Shown here piece after piece: positions 17,543-27,648 of a DNA stretch of 59,393 nt. The stretch comes from an uncultured Acidimicrobiales bacterium. Its GTDB lineage: Bacteria > Actinomycetota > Acidimicrobiia > Acidimicrobiales > SHLQ01. The notes beneath the pieces are model-generated. The model was not told where the DNA came from. It saw only the letters and a program-made list of their open reading frames with translations, and did not search any database. Position 1 is the first letter of the stretch, and every line of letters begins with the position of its first letter. The translations under genes were made by a program, and so were the position numbers. The stretch lies in NCBI GenBank assembly GCA_905479685.1, contig CAJQNJ010000133.1, positions 1 through 59,393 of the forward strand, written 5' to 3'.

Positions 17543-18444
17543 AACGTCCGACCTCCCTTACGGAAATAGACGATGGTCGACGTGAGCATCACGGCCATCA
17601 ACACGAACGAGAGGGCTGCTCCGAACGGCCAATCTCGAGCAGACAAGAACTGCGTGACGATGTAGCTCCCGAGGAGCGTCGTTTTTGCTCCACCGAGGAT
17701 CGCCGGGGTCACATAGGCACCCAAGCTCGGGACGAACACGAGGATCGAACCCGCCACGACGCCAGGCATCGACAACGGAAGCAGAACGTGTCGGAACGAC
17801 TGGAACCCCGACGCGTAGAGATCACGGCTTGCCTCGAGAAGCCGACCGTCAATGCGTTCTATCGCTGCATAGAGCGGGAGGATCATGAACGGTAGGAACC
17901 CGTAGACCAGCCCCAAGATCACCGCGACGTTCGTGAAGAGAAGCCGTCCCTCACCAAAGCCGATCGCTTCGGAGAGCCGACTGTACGGCCCGTCGCTTCC
18001 GAGAATCACTCGCCAGGCATAGTTGCGAACGAGAAAGTTCGTCCAGAACGGGATCATGACGAAGACCAGCATCAGGTTGCGGGTCTTCTCTGACCGAGTC
18101 GACATGTAGTACGCGAACGGATATGCGAGCAGGAGACAGATGAGCGTGGTGATGACGGCCAGGGTCGTCGAGCGAAGCAAGATGTCGCGGACCAACGGGT
18201 CGCCTAAGCGCCGGTAGGAGTCGATGTTCCACCCCGAGAGCTCGGTGCCGAACCGTGTTCGGGTAGCGAACGAATACACGATCACAATGACAAGTGGAAT
18301 GACGAAGAAGACGAACAAGTAGAGGTAGGCGGGCAGCGCCATGAACAGGCCCTGACGTCGTTTCTGCTGTTCGCGAGCAGCCTCGAACTCGGGCGTGGCG
18401 ACGTCGGCGTCGATGGAAGCTTCCGGTTCCAGGGTGGCCGTCAT
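17539..18444 (-). CDS. potB: Polyamine ABC transporter permease
   Basis: PFWTNFLVRNYAW, LPFMILPLY, LLEASRDL, DWPFGAALS; start ATG 18444 overlaps the potA stop. Confidence 0.9.
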   Translation of the reverse strand: MTATLEPEASIDADVATPEFEAAREQQKRRQGLFMALPAYLYLFVFFVIPLVIVIVYSFATRTRFGTELSGWNIDSYRRLGDPLVRDILLRSTTLAVITTLICLLLAYPFAYYMSTRSEKTRNLMLVFVMIPFWTNFLVRNYAWRVILGSDGPYSRLSEAIGFGEGRLLFTNVAVILGLVYGFLPFMILPLYAAIERIDGRLLEASRDLYASGFQSFRHVLLPLSMPGVVAGSILVFVPSLGAYVTPAILGGAKTTLLGSYIVTQFLSARDWPFGAALSFVLMAVMLTSTIVYFRKGGRTL

Positions 18445-19511
18445 CAGTCGGCCACAACCCAGTCCGAGGTGCGGTCCCACCACACGGCGACCTCGTCGCC
18501 GGGTTGGAACCGCTGCTCGGCATGTACTGCGTCCGCGCGAACCTCGAGGTCGATCCAGCCGATCTTGACCGTGTAGTCGAGTGCGTGGCCCAGGTACGTC
18601 ATCGATTCGACGACACCCTCGAGGCTTGTCTTTTGGTGCTCAGCGGGAACGGTTCCTCGTGGTCCAATGTCGACTGCTTCGGGGCGAAGGCTCATCGCGA
18701 CCTTCGTGCCTGGAGGCAGTGGGTTCGGCGCCATCAGGCGGGTGCCGTTCTCGAGAATGATCATGTCGTCGTCCTCGACGACAGCGTCGAGCAGGTTCGT
18801 CTGACCGATGAAATCGGCGACGAAGCGGTTGGCGGGCCGTTCGTAAATGTCCTCTGGGGTCCCGACTTGGAGGAGCTTGCCGTTGTGCATGACCGCGATG
18901 CGATCTGCCATCGTGAGCGCTTCTTCCTGATCGTGCGTGACGAAGACGAAGCTCACTCCGAGTTCGCGTTGTAGCGACTTCAGCTCTCCTTGCATTTCCT
19001 GGCGAAGCTTCAGATCGAGGGCACCGAGCGGCTCGTCCAGCAGAAGCACTTTCGGCTCGTTGACGAGAGCGCGTGCCAGCGCGACACGTTGTTGCTGGCC
19101 ACCGGAGAGCTGTGAGGGCCGCCGCTTCTCCATGCCGCTGAGTTGCACCAACTCGATCAGCTCATGGGCCTTCTTTGCTGCGGTGGTCTTGTCGACCTTG
19201 TTCATCCGTAGACCGAAACTCACGTTGTCGAGGACGCTCATGTGTGGGAAAAGTGCGTAGTTCTGAAAGACGGTGTTGACGGGCCGCTTGTTCGGTGGAA
19301 GCGTCCCGACTTCCTCGCCGAAGATCTTCAGGCTGCCCATCGTCGGGAACTCGAGGCCGGCGATCATGCGAAGTGTGGTGGTCTTCCCACAACCACTTGG
19401 GCCGAGCATCGCAAAGAACTCGCCGTCGGCGATGGAGAGATCGATGTCATCGACGGCATAGACGTCGTCGAAACGTTTGGTGACCCCTTTGATGTCGACT
19501 GCTGCTGTCAC
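18444..19511 (-). CDS. potA: Polyamine ABC transporter ATP-binding protein
   Basis: [41 protein letters not shown]-terminal TOBE; GTG 19511 has a GGAGG RBS. Confidence 0.92.
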   Translation of the reverse strand: MTAAVDIKGVTKRFDDVYAVDDIDLSIADGEFFAMLGPSGCGKTTTLRMIAGLEFPTMGSLKIFGEEVGTLPPNKRPVNTVFQNYALFPHMSVLDNVSFGLRMNKVDKTTAAKKAHELIELVQLSGMEKRRPSQLSGGQQQRVALARALVNEPKVLLLDEPLGALDLKLRQEMQGELKSLQRELGVSFVFVTHDQEEALTMADRIAVMHNGKLLQVGTPEDIYERPANRFVADFIGQTNLLDAVVEDDDMIILENGTRLMAPNPLPPGTKVAMSLRPEAVDIGPRGTVPAEHQKTSLEGVVESMTYLGHALDYTVKIGWIDLEVRADAVHAEQRFQPGDEVAVWWDRTSDWVVAD

Positions 19512-19551
19512 GACAAATCCTCCGGTGGAACCCTCTCCAAGGCTGAAGCGC

Positions 19552-20010
19552 TCACATCGTGCCCCAGTCATATTGCTGTTTCATAATTCGGAGGTATGTC
19601 AGCGTCTCTACTGTTCGCACTCCCGAAACATGTCTGATCTTCTCATCGATCACGCCGAGCAGATGGTCGGCATCCCGGCAGACGACTTCGGCAAGCACGT
19701 CGTATCGACCTGCAGCGATGACGACGTACTCGAGTTCGTCGATCTGACCGAGCTTTCCAGCCGTCTTCACAACCTCGTTGTCGATCGAGATCCCGAGCAT
19801 GGCCTGGTAGCCATATCCGAGGGCCAAGGGATCGGTCACTGCGACGATCGACACGACACCCCGTTCGGTCAGGCGATTCACGCGTTGTCTCGTGGCCGCT
19901 TCGGAGAGTCCAACGATGGGTGCCAACTGTGCATAGGGCATCCGTCCATCCACCTGGAGCTGGCGAATGATCGCTTTGTCGGTTTCGTCGAGCTCCACGG
20001 CTCGAGTCAT
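19552..20010 (-). CDS. Lrp/AsnC family transcriptional regulator
   Basis: LDETDKAIIRQLQVDGRMPYAQLA...GLSEAATRQRV; ATG 20010 overlaps the upstream stop. Confidence 0.92.
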   Translation of the reverse strand: MTRAVELDETDKAIIRQLQVDGRMPYAQLAPIVGLSEAATRQRVNRLTERGVVSIVAVTDPLALGYGYQAMLGISIDNEVVKTAGKLGQIDELEYVVIAAGRYDVLAEVVCRDADHLLGVIDEKIRHVSGVRTVETLTYLRIMKQQYDWGTM

Positions 20011-21392
20011 GTAGAAGCGCCCATCCGAGCCATTGCCTCCGTGAGCGTTTGGTGAATGATCGTCGTCATCGTCTCGAATTCCTCGGGCCCAGCGATGATC
20101 GGAGGGGCGAGTTGGATGACAGGGTCTCCGCGGCTGTCGGCACGGCACAACAGTCCGAGGTCGGCTAGACGAAGGGAGAGGAATCCGCGGATCAGACTCT
20201 CGGCTTCCTCGTCGGTGAAGGCAACTCCGGACTCGGCGTCCTTCATGAGTTCGATGCCATAGAAGTACCCCATGCCCCGGACCTCTCGGACGATGGGCAG
20301 GTCCGTGAGCTGGTCGAGGGATGCGCGAAACGCCGCTGCATTCGTCGTCACGTTGTCCAGCATGTGCTCGTTCTCGATGATGTCGAGATTTGCCAGCGCA
20401 ACAGCGCAGCTGACCGGGTGACCAGCGAAGGTGAATCCGTGTTGGAACACGTGGTCGGTGTCAGCGAACGGTTTTGCGACCCGGTCGCTGACGAGTAGCG
20501 CGCCGAGTGGGGAGTGACCAGAGGTGAGACCCTTCGCCGTTGTGATCATGTCAGGCTGGTAGTTGAGCGCCTGTGAACCGAACCACTCTCCAAGTCGACC
20601 GAAGGCACAGATGACCTCATCAGAAACCAGCAGAACGCCGTGGGTGTCGCAGATCTCGCGAACCCGTTGGAAGTACCCAGCCGGAGGTACGAAACATCCA
20701 CCAGAGTTCTGCACGGGTTCGAGAAACACTGCGGCGACAGTCTCGGGCCCAGCGGCGATGATCGCATCCTCGATCTCGTTGGCTGCTGCAATTCCGAGGA
20801 GCTCAGGGGGACCGGCGTAGGCCTGGGCGAAGTCGTTCGTGTTCGAGACCTTGAGCGCGCCCGGTACCAACGGTTCGAAGGGTGTCTTGGCGAACTCGAG
20901 GCCGGTGATCGAGAGTGCCCCCATGGTGGTTCCGTGGTAGGCGAGATTGCGGCTGATGACCTTGATGCGCTCCGGCTGGCCGATCTCTTTGAAGTATTGG
21001 CGAGAGAGTTTGAACGCGGACTCGACGGATTCAGATCCGCCACTGGTGAAGAAGACGCGGTTCAAGTCGCCGGGCGACAGATCGCTCAGTCGATTGGCCA
21101 GCTCGACCGCCTTTGGATGGGCGTAGGTCCAGATCGGGAAGTAGCCGAGCTTGAGCATTTGGTCGTGTGCAGCGTCAGCGAGTTCTCTTCGCCCGTAGCC
21201 AACCTGGGTCGTGTAGAGGCCAGCGAGGCCGTCGAGATACCGCTTTCCATGGTTGTCCCAGACGTAACAACCGTCGCCACGTTCGATGATCGAGGTGCCG
21301 TCCACGCTCTTGCCGAGCGACGAGAAATGACCCCACAGGTGACGATCAGCAAGTGACTCGAGCGGTTCGTTGGGTGATCGGTGCGCGGACAT
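20007..21392 (-). CDS. Class-III PLP aminotransferase (putrescine/omega-amine transaminase-like)
   Basis: YLDGLAGL, FFTSGGSES, AYHGTT, FLEPVQ, DEVICAFGR, TTAKGLTSG, HGFTFAGHP. Confidence 0.92.
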   Translation of the reverse strand: MSAHRSPNEPLESLADRHLWGHFSSLGKSVDGTSIIERGDGCYVWDNHGKRYLDGLAGLYTTQVGYGRRELADAAHDQMLKLGYFPIWTYAHPKAVELANRLSDLSPGDLNRVFFTSGGSESVESAFKLSRQYFKEIGQPERIKVISRNLAYHGTTMGALSITGLEFAKTPFEPLVPGALKVSNTNDFAQAYAGPPELLGIAAANEIEDAIIAAGPETVAAVFLEPVQNSGGCFVPPAGYFQRVREICDTHGVLLVSDEVICAFGRLGEWFGSQALNYQPDMITTAKGLTSGHSPLGALLVSDRVAKPFADTDHVFQHGFTFAGHPVSCAVALANLDIIENEHMLDNVTTNAAAFRASLDQLTDLPIVREVRGMGYFYGIELMKDAESGVAFTDEEAESLIRGFLSLRLADLGLLCRADSRGDPVIQLAPPIIAGPEEFETMTTIIHQTLTEAMARMGAST

Positions 21393-21476
21393 GACAACGG
21401 ATTCAACACCATATGGGCCAAAAGATCAACTGAATCAGTTGCGAGATGTCGAGTTGTCCACCAGTATTCAATTTCT

Positions 21477-22565
21477 ATGAAGCGTCCTCCCCTTCGCATA
21501 CTCGACCTTTGTGGCGGGCCTGAGCAGCGGGGGGCTGCGCATGGTCGCACGCACGCCACTGATATCCGTGCGTACCTCGATGAACGTATGCAGCTCGTCA
21601 CGTCTGGGCTGTGGTCCGGTGGCCCAATGTCGGCGGGGGCCATCATCGAATTGGCAGAAACGATGCTCCCGGCACACGAGGCGCACAACGCCGATCTCTT
21701 CGCCGAAATGTCAGCGATGGCCGGTTCGGCTGGAATCACTCCGGCTGAAGCAATCGTTGTCGGCGGGTTCACCGACTTCGTGGACACGGTTCGAGCTGTT
21801 GTCGGAGGTGAACATCCGGCATCGGTCATCGAGGACGATTGCACGGCGTTCATCGTGCCGAACGATCGAGCCGAAGGAGGTATGGGACTCTTCGCACAGA
21901 CCTGGGACATGCATGACACGGCGACCGACCATGTTGTTCTGCTTCGGGTCGCTCCCACGGAAGGTCCATCGGCCATCGTGTTCACCACGGTTGGAGCCCT
22001 CGGTCAGATCGGTATGAACGAGCTCGGGGTATGCGTCGGAATCAACAACCTGACCGCCACCGATGGCGTGGCCGGCGTGACCTGGCCTCAGGTCGTCCGA
22101 GCAGCGCTGTTGTGCGAAACCGCGGACGAGGCTCGGGATGTGATTCTCGATGCTGATCTGGCCGGTGGGCACAACTACTCGGTCTTCGACGCGGAAGGCG
22201 CCGGTTGGAACATCGAGGGAATGCCTTCGGTTCGGCCGGTCACAAAGCTCGGCGCCGACGCCCTGGTGCACACCAACCACACACTCTCGCCAGAAACCCA
22301 GGCGGTCCAGGGCCAGCGCACTGGTGTTCTGCAGGACTCGTCGATCAAGAGGTTGAAGATCGCAAGGGAGTTCCTCGATGATGATGGTCTCGGGGTGGAA
22401 GACATGATGAAGCTGACCCGGACCCCGACCGTGTGCCAGATAGCTGTAGAGCCGTACCACATCGAATCGAGTGGTGGTGCCGTGATGAGACCATCGACCC
22501 GAGATTTCTGGGCGGTATGGGGTCTGCCGAGCGAAAACGACTACGAACGGATCGAGTTCTTGTGA
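21477..22565 (+). CDS. Peptidase C45 family Ntn-hydrolase (acyl-CoA:6-APA acyltransferase-like)
   Basis: RGAAHG N-terminus, autoprocessing site D|CT, AQTWD, GMNELGVCVGINNL, HTNH. Confidence 0.85.
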   Translation: MKRPPLRILDLCGGPEQRGAAHGRTHATDIRAYLDERMQLVTSGLWSGGPMSAGAIIELAETMLPAHEAHNADLFAEMSAMAGSAGITPAEAIVVGGFTDFVDTVRAVVGGEHPASVIEDDCTAFIVPNDRAEGGMGLFAQTWDMHDTATDHVVLLRVAPTEGPSAIVFTTVGALGQIGMNELGVCVGINNLTATDGVAGVTWPQVVRAALLCETADEARDVILDADLAGGHNYSVFDAEGAGWNIEGMPSVRPVTKLGADALVHTNHTLSPETQAVQGQRTGVLQDSSIKRLKIAREFLDDDGLGVEDMMKLTRTPTVCQIAVEPYHIESSGGAVMRPSTRDFWAVWGLPSENDYERIEFL

Positions 22566-23203
22566 GCGAAATCGAATACGTCAATCTTGCGGCCTCGCAT
22601 GCCAAGGCATGCGAAGAGCTGGAGCTGTCGGTGTTTGCGACCATCGACGCACAGGACCTGTATCACGAGGCGGAGCTGATCGAACTGGCCGCGGCATTTC
22701 CCGAGGGCAACTTCGTGGCGCTCGACGATGGCCGGCCGATCGGAATGGGATTGGGGATCTTGCTCGAGTTCGACTTCGACAATCCCAACCACACACTTCG
22801 AGACATCGAGGGTGAAGGGGGACTTGGCGATCACGACCCTGACAGCCCGTGGTACTACGGCACCGACATCAGCGTGTATCCCGAGTATCGGGGCCGAGGG
22901 ATCGGTCGGGAGCTCTACCGTCTTCGCAAGGACTATGTGCGGTCGGCCAACAAACGCGGGATCGTTGCCGGAGGCGTATTGCCCGGGTACGCGAATCACA
23001 TCTCCGATATGACGGCGCAGGAATACATCGACAAGGTGCGGGCGGGGAAGCTCACGGACCCGACCCTCACCTTTCAGATGTCGAATGGATTTGAGCCTCG
23101 CACGGTGCTTCCGGGATATGTCACGGACCCGACCGTCGGAAACAACTCGGTCCTGATCGTCTGGGAGAACCCAGACTTCGATGCCGAAGCTGAGTCCGCG
23201 TGA
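22562..23203 (+). CDS. GNAT family N-acetyltransferase
   Basis: DISVYPEYRGRGIGRELY motif A, DPTLTFQMSNGF; GTG 22562 overlaps the upstream stop. Confidence 0.88.
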   Translation: MSEIEYVNLAASHAKACEELELSVFATIDAQDLYHEAELIELAAAFPEGNFVALDDGRPIGMGLGILLEFDFDNPNHTLRDIEGEGGLGDHDPDSPWYYGTDISVYPEYRGRGIGRELYRLRKDYVRSANKRGIVAGGVLPGYANHISDMTAQEYIDKVRAGKLTDPTLTFQMSNGFEPRTVLPGYVTDPTVGNNSVLIVWENPDFDAEAESA

Positions 23204-24609
23204 GGGAGTATCGCTCTCTGTCTCTGTGGCTCGATCGGCTGCCGGACGCGATCGAACCACGCCCGGCGCTCGGCGGTGACATCGACGTCGATGTGGTGAT
23301 CATCGGAGGTGGGTTCAGCGGATTGTGGACCGCCTATTACCTGTCGAATCGCGCGCCGGAGCTGAACATCGTCATCGTCGAACGTGAAATCTGCGGGTTT
23401 GGAGCGTCGGGACGAAACGGCGGATGGTGCGAGGGTGAGTTGGCCGCAAGTGTGGAGAAGTATGCAAAACATGGGTCGATGGCCGATGCGATGCGGCTCA
23501 TCAGGGCAATGCACGGAGCGGTCGACGAGGTTGGCCGAGTGGCCGATGCCGAGGGGATCGACTGTGGCTTCACAAAGGGTGGCGCCGTCTATTTGGCCCG
23601 AAATGCTGCGCAGGAAAAGCGGCTGATCAAGTCGGTCGAGCACGAACATTCGCTCGGATTCTCCGACGAGGACATCCGCCTCTTGAGCGCGCAGGAAACA
23701 ACTGCGCGGGTGAACGCCACGAACGTGCGACGCGGGGCGTTCTTTGCGCACAACGCTGCGATCGACCCGGCGCCACTGGTACGCGGCTTGGCCGACGCAG
23801 TGGAGCGCCGCGGTGTCACGATCTACGAACACACCGCAGCGAACACGATCGACGCTGGTGTCGTCACGACGCCACACGGTGTTGTTCGGGCCCCGATCGT
23901 TGTCCGTGCCACAGAGGGATACACGAGCGAGTTGCCTGGCGAGAAGCGAAGTATGGTCCCGCTGTACTCGCTCATGGTTGCAACTGAGCCGTTGTCGAGA
24001 GCTCAGCTCGACGTCGTGGGCCTGAATGATCGCCCCACGTTTGCCGACGGTCGCTACGCGGTCATCTACGGCCAACGAACCGCTGACGATCGGATCGCGT
24101 TCGGCGGCAGGGGCGTGCCCTATCTGTTCGGGAGCAGGATCGACCCCGCCACCGAGCTACACGAGCCGACCCACGAATTGGTCGCCGACACGTTGGTCGA
24201 ACTCTTTCCCGTTCTCGCCGACGTTGCGATCACCCATCGTTGGGGTGGTGTGCTGGGCGCACCGAGACACTGGACCCCCTCGGTCAACTTCGACCGTGTG
24301 TCAGGCATGGCACATCTTGGGGGATACGTGGGCGAGGGTGTGTGCGCCTCCAACCTCGCAGGACAGACGCTCGCCGAGTTGATCACCGCGTCGATCGACC
24401 CAGCCGAAGCCTCGCGGAAGGCGTCGTCGGTGAACACCGATCTCACGACACTTCCGTGGGTGAATGTGGGCGTGCGCAAGTGGGAGCCCGAACCATTGCG
24501 ATGGCTCGGTGTTTGGGGAACGCGACGGGTGATGCAGCGCGCCGATGGTGTCGAGTACTCGAGCGACAAGACCTCGAAGGCTGGTGCGCTCGCCTCCCGT
24601 TTGTTGTGA
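23200..24609 (+). CDS. FAD-dependent oxidoreductase (DAO family, PuuB/OrdL-like)
   Basis: DVVIIGGGFSGLWTAYYL, GFGASGRNGG, ATEGY, YGQRTAD, WGG, GYVGEGV. Confidence 0.88.
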   Translation: MREYRSLSLWLDRLPDAIEPRPALGGDIDVDVVIIGGGFSGLWTAYYLSNRAPELNIVIVEREICGFGASGRNGGWCEGELAASVEKYAKHGSMADAMRLIRAMHGAVDEVGRVADAEGIDCGFTKGGAVYLARNAAQEKRLIKSVEHEHSLGFSDEDIRLLSAQETTARVNATNVRRGAFFAHNAAIDPAPLVRGLADAVERRGVTIYEHTAANTIDAGVVTTPHGVVRAPIVVRATEGYTSELPGEKRSMVPLYSLMVATEPLSRAQLDVVGLNDRPTFADGRYAVIYGQRTADDRIAFGGRGVPYLFGSRIDPATELHEPTHELVADTLVELFPVLADVAITHRWGGVLGAPRHWTPSVNFDRVSGMAHLGGYVGEGVCASNLAGQTLAELITASIDPAEASRKASSVNTDLTTLPWVNVGVRKWEPEPLRWLGVWGTRRVMQRADGVEYSSDKTSKAGALASRLL

Positions 24610-24617
24610 CGCGACGA

Positions 24618-25979
24618 TCAGCCGAGAGACTCGGCCAGATCGAGCAGGACGTGTTCGGATCCGAGCGCCGCCGAGAGTTGGACGCCGATGGGCATGCCGT
24701 TCGAGTTTTCTCCTGCCGGGACCGACATCGAAGGCCATCCGCTCACGTTGAACAGGTAGTTGTACGCGAAGATTTCGTCGTTGAGGCGAAGGTACTCGTC
24801 GTAGTCGTCGACGTCGCCTGCGAGTACACCGATCGGAATCTCGGATCGAGCAAGTGTGGGAGTGAGCAGCAGATCGAATCCCTCCATCGCCCGCTCGAGG
24901 TCCATGGTCAGTTCGCCCCCAGCAACTTCGGCTTCGAGGGTGTCCTCCATCGTCAGCCGTCGTAGCCGCGCGAGTACCCGACGCGTGAGTGGCTCGAGCG
25001 TCTCGTCGCTCTCGACCCCACCGGACGCTACGAGCCGATCGACATCGTGCACGATCCATTTGTGGAAGAGGGCAAGGAACGTGCCCATGAGCTTTTCGTA
25101 GTCGACCGGCGGTGGAACGACGACGATCTCGTGACCCAGGCTGCGCAGGCGATCGGCGGTGGCTCGGGTGGATGCGACCACCTCTTCATCTTCGTCGGCT
25201 CCACTCCAATGATCGGTGTTCATCGCAATTCGGAGTGGCCGATCGGGAGTCGCCGAGTACGGTCCGTCGCCGAGGACGTCGAGGAACAGACGGCTGTCAC
25301 GTACGGTGCGCGACAACACGAATTCGTTGGCGATGCCACCCCACCCGCCATCATCGAGTCGAATCCGTTGCAGCCCCGGCTTGAGCCCGACGAGGCCGCA
25401 GGTCGCCGCGGGGATACGAATCGATCCGGCGCAGTCGCTTCCGTGAGCGACGGGGACAACGCCAGCTGCGACCGCTGCGCCAGCGCCACCCGAGGAACCC
25501 CCAGGCGAACGCTCCAGGTTGTGTGGGTTCCGGGTGATGCCGTTCAGCTGGCTCTCGGTCGCACCGTGCTGTACGAATTCGGGAGCTGCCGTACGGCCGA
25601 GGATCTGTGCCCCAGCATCTTGGAGACGAGAGATGAATCGCGCGGTGGTCGTCGCTCGGTTGTTGACTCCGAGTCGGCTGCCCATCTGCACCAGCCGACC
25701 TGCTTCGGCCGAGCCATAGTCCTTGACGAGAAACGGTACGCCGGCGAGAGGCCCCGTTGTCGTGGAGACCGGTGTTGGGTCCGTGTACCACTCGACGATC
25801 GCATTCAGGTCGTCGTTGGTGGCGAGGTATCGTTCGCGGGCAAGTTCGGCGAGCTCGGCAGGAGAGACGTCACCGGATCGCACCGAAGCGGCAAGATCGG
25901 TGGCGTCGAGTTGTTGATAGTCGGATCTGTCTTTGTCGGGACTTCTGCCCGACATCCGTGTTTGCTTGGTTGAATCCAT
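24618..25979 (-). CDS. Amidase (amidase-signature family)
   Basis: GPLAGVPFLVKD, TRNPHNL, SPGGSSGG, GSDCAGSIRIPA, GMPIGVQL. Confidence 0.92.
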   Translation of the reverse strand: MDSTKQTRMSGRSPDKDRSDYQQLDATDLAASVRSGDVSPAELAELARERYLATNDDLNAIVEWYTDPTPVSTTTGPLAGVPFLVKDYGSAEAGRLVQMGSRLGVNNRATTTARFISRLQDAGAQILGRTAAPEFVQHGATESQLNGITRNPHNLERSPGGSSGGAGAAVAAGVVPVAHGSDCAGSIRIPAATCGLVGLKPGLQRIRLDDGGWGGIANEFVLSRTVRDSRLFLDVLGDGPYSATPDRPLRIAMNTDHWSGADEDEEVVASTRATADRLRSLGHEIVVVPPPVDYEKLMGTFLALFHKWIVHDVDRLVASGGVESDETLEPLTRRVLARLRRLTMEDTLEAEVAGGELTMDLERAMEGFDLLLTPTLARSEIPIGVLAGDVDDYDEYLRLNDEIFAYNYLFNVSGWPSMSVPAGENSNGMPIGVQLSAALGSEHVLLDLAESLG

Positions 25980-25982
25980 CGT

Positions 25983-27635
25983 TTACTCGTCCGGCAGTTC
26001 GATAGGGCCGATGTCGGCGTAGACGTCTCCGGGCCCCGGGTTGTCCGGCGATGTTCGTCCACCGAACGTGTTGGCGATGCCCCACACGGCGTTCAGTGCG
26101 GTGTGTACCGCTCCTTCGGCCCACCCTGGAGTCCAAGACACATCGTCGCCCGCGAGAAAGATGCCTTGCTGCTCGGCAGGCATCTCGGCTTGCATGAAGT
26201 GGCTGTGCATGCGGCGGTTGTATCGATAGTGGCCGGGCAACGCTCCCTTGAACGCGCCGAGGAAGTGCGGGTCGGCTTCCCAGCTGACCGTGATTGGTTC
26301 GCCGATGATGTGTCCTCGGAGATCGGTGTTGAGGTAGATCGCCTCGAGGGTTTCGATCGCCAACTCGGCACGTTCGCCCGCGGTCATTGCGAGCACCTTC
26401 ATTGCATCGGCCTGCCAGGCGTAGCTGAGCACGATGACGCCAGGTTCGTCGTCGCCGTTGTCGATCAGATACGTACCACGCGTGTTGCGGTCGGTGAGCG
26501 TCATGCTCATCTTGGGGCGGCCGGTCTGCGGGTCGATCTCCTTCCAGAACGGGCGGTCAACCATCACGAAGGTCTTCGACGCCTGCATGTACTTGGTGCG
26601 GTCGAGCGCCATCCAGACCTTCTGGCTGAAGAGTGTCTCCTCGACGTCGATCGACGTCGTGAGCAGCCAACTCTGCACGGTGAGCAGCGCTGCTGGGTAG
26701 GTGCGGGTCTGACCCCAGCGGTCTTCGATCTCGAGTTGGCTGCCGGCGCGTCGAATACCGGTGACACCAGGACGTGGCGCCCCGCTGTGCAGGGATGCGA
26801 CCGTCGTGCCTGGCTCCCAGTGCGCAATGTTGTCGGGAGCATGGTTCCACAATCCGCGAGGGACCTGTTCGGCTCCACCGACGATGAAGTGCTGGTCCTC
26901 CTCGAAACCAGCCATGACCACGCGGAAGATTTCGAGCATCGAGTTCGGGAAGTCCGAGTCCCAACCGCCGGTGCCGAAACCGACCTGGCCGAAGATCTCT
27001 CGATGGCGAAAGCTCAGATCAGCAAACGCAGGTGATGTGGCGACGAAGTCATAGAACGTTCGATCGTCCCAATCATCGACGAGCTGTTGCCAGATCTCGC
27101 GAACCGCTGACGAGTCCTTTCGGATCATCGCTGCCTGGATTTCGGAGAGGTGGGCAACCTCGTCGAGCGCGCGGTGCCATGCATCGGAAACCTCGGCGAA
27201 GACCCCTGGTAAGTCGCTTGCGGACTCGGCGAAGAACGAGTGGCCTTCGAGATCGATGACCGTCGTGGGTGCTGCAGGAGTGAGGGGGTTCGGGAAGTCG
27301 CGGGTCTCGAGTCCGAGCAGATCGATGTAGTGCCACAACGCCGTACCACTCTTGGGAAATCTCATGCCTCCGAGTTCGGCAACGATGTGGGGTGCTGCGT
27401 CGAACGGTTCTGAACGCAGGCGGCCACCGATGCGACCGACCTCGTAGACGACCGGCTTGAGACCGAGTTTCATCAATTCGTATGCGGCGACCATGCCTGC
27501 AACACCAGCACCGACCACGGCAACTTCGCTGCCCAGGGCATCGCTCGGGATCGCTCCGAGTCCTTCGGGATGTTCGAGCCAATCGTCGAATGCAAACGGA
27601 AAGTCTGGTCCGAATGCGGTCAGCCGATCTTTCAT
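25983..27635 (-). CDS. Amino acid 2-monooxygenase (DavB lysine / IaaM tryptophan 2-monooxygenase family)
   Basis: FGPDFPFAFDDWLEHP, GAGVAG, AELGGMRFP, GQVGFGTGGWDSDFPNSMLEI, GAFKGALPGHYRY, GWAEGA. Confidence 0.88.
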   Translation of the reverse strand: MKDRLTAFGPDFPFAFDDWLEHPEGLGAIPSDALGSEVAVVGAGVAGMVAAYELMKLGLKPVVYEVGRIGGRLRSEPFDAAPHIVAELGGMRFPKSGTALWHYIDLLGLETRDFPNPLTPAAPTTVIDLEGHSFFAESASDLPGVFAEVSDAWHRALDEVAHLSEIQAAMIRKDSSAVREIWQQLVDDWDDRTFYDFVATSPAFADLSFRHREIFGQVGFGTGGWDSDFPNSMLEIFRVVMAGFEEDQHFIVGGAEQVPRGLWNHAPDNIAHWEPGTTVASLHSGAPRPGVTGIRRAGSQLEIEDRWGQTRTYPAALLTVQSWLLTTSIDVEETLFSQKVWMALDRTKYMQASKTFVMVDRPFWKEIDPQTGRPKMSMTLTDRNTRGTYLIDNGDDEPGVIVLSYAWQADAMKVLAMTAGERAELAIETLEAIYLNTDLRGHIIGEPITVSWEADPHFLGAFKGALPGHYRYNRRMHSHFMQAEMPAEQQGIFLAGDDVSWTPGWAEGAVHTALNAVWGIANTFGGRTSPDNPGPGDVYADIGPIELPDE

Positions 27636-27648
27636 GGCCGCACGCTAC

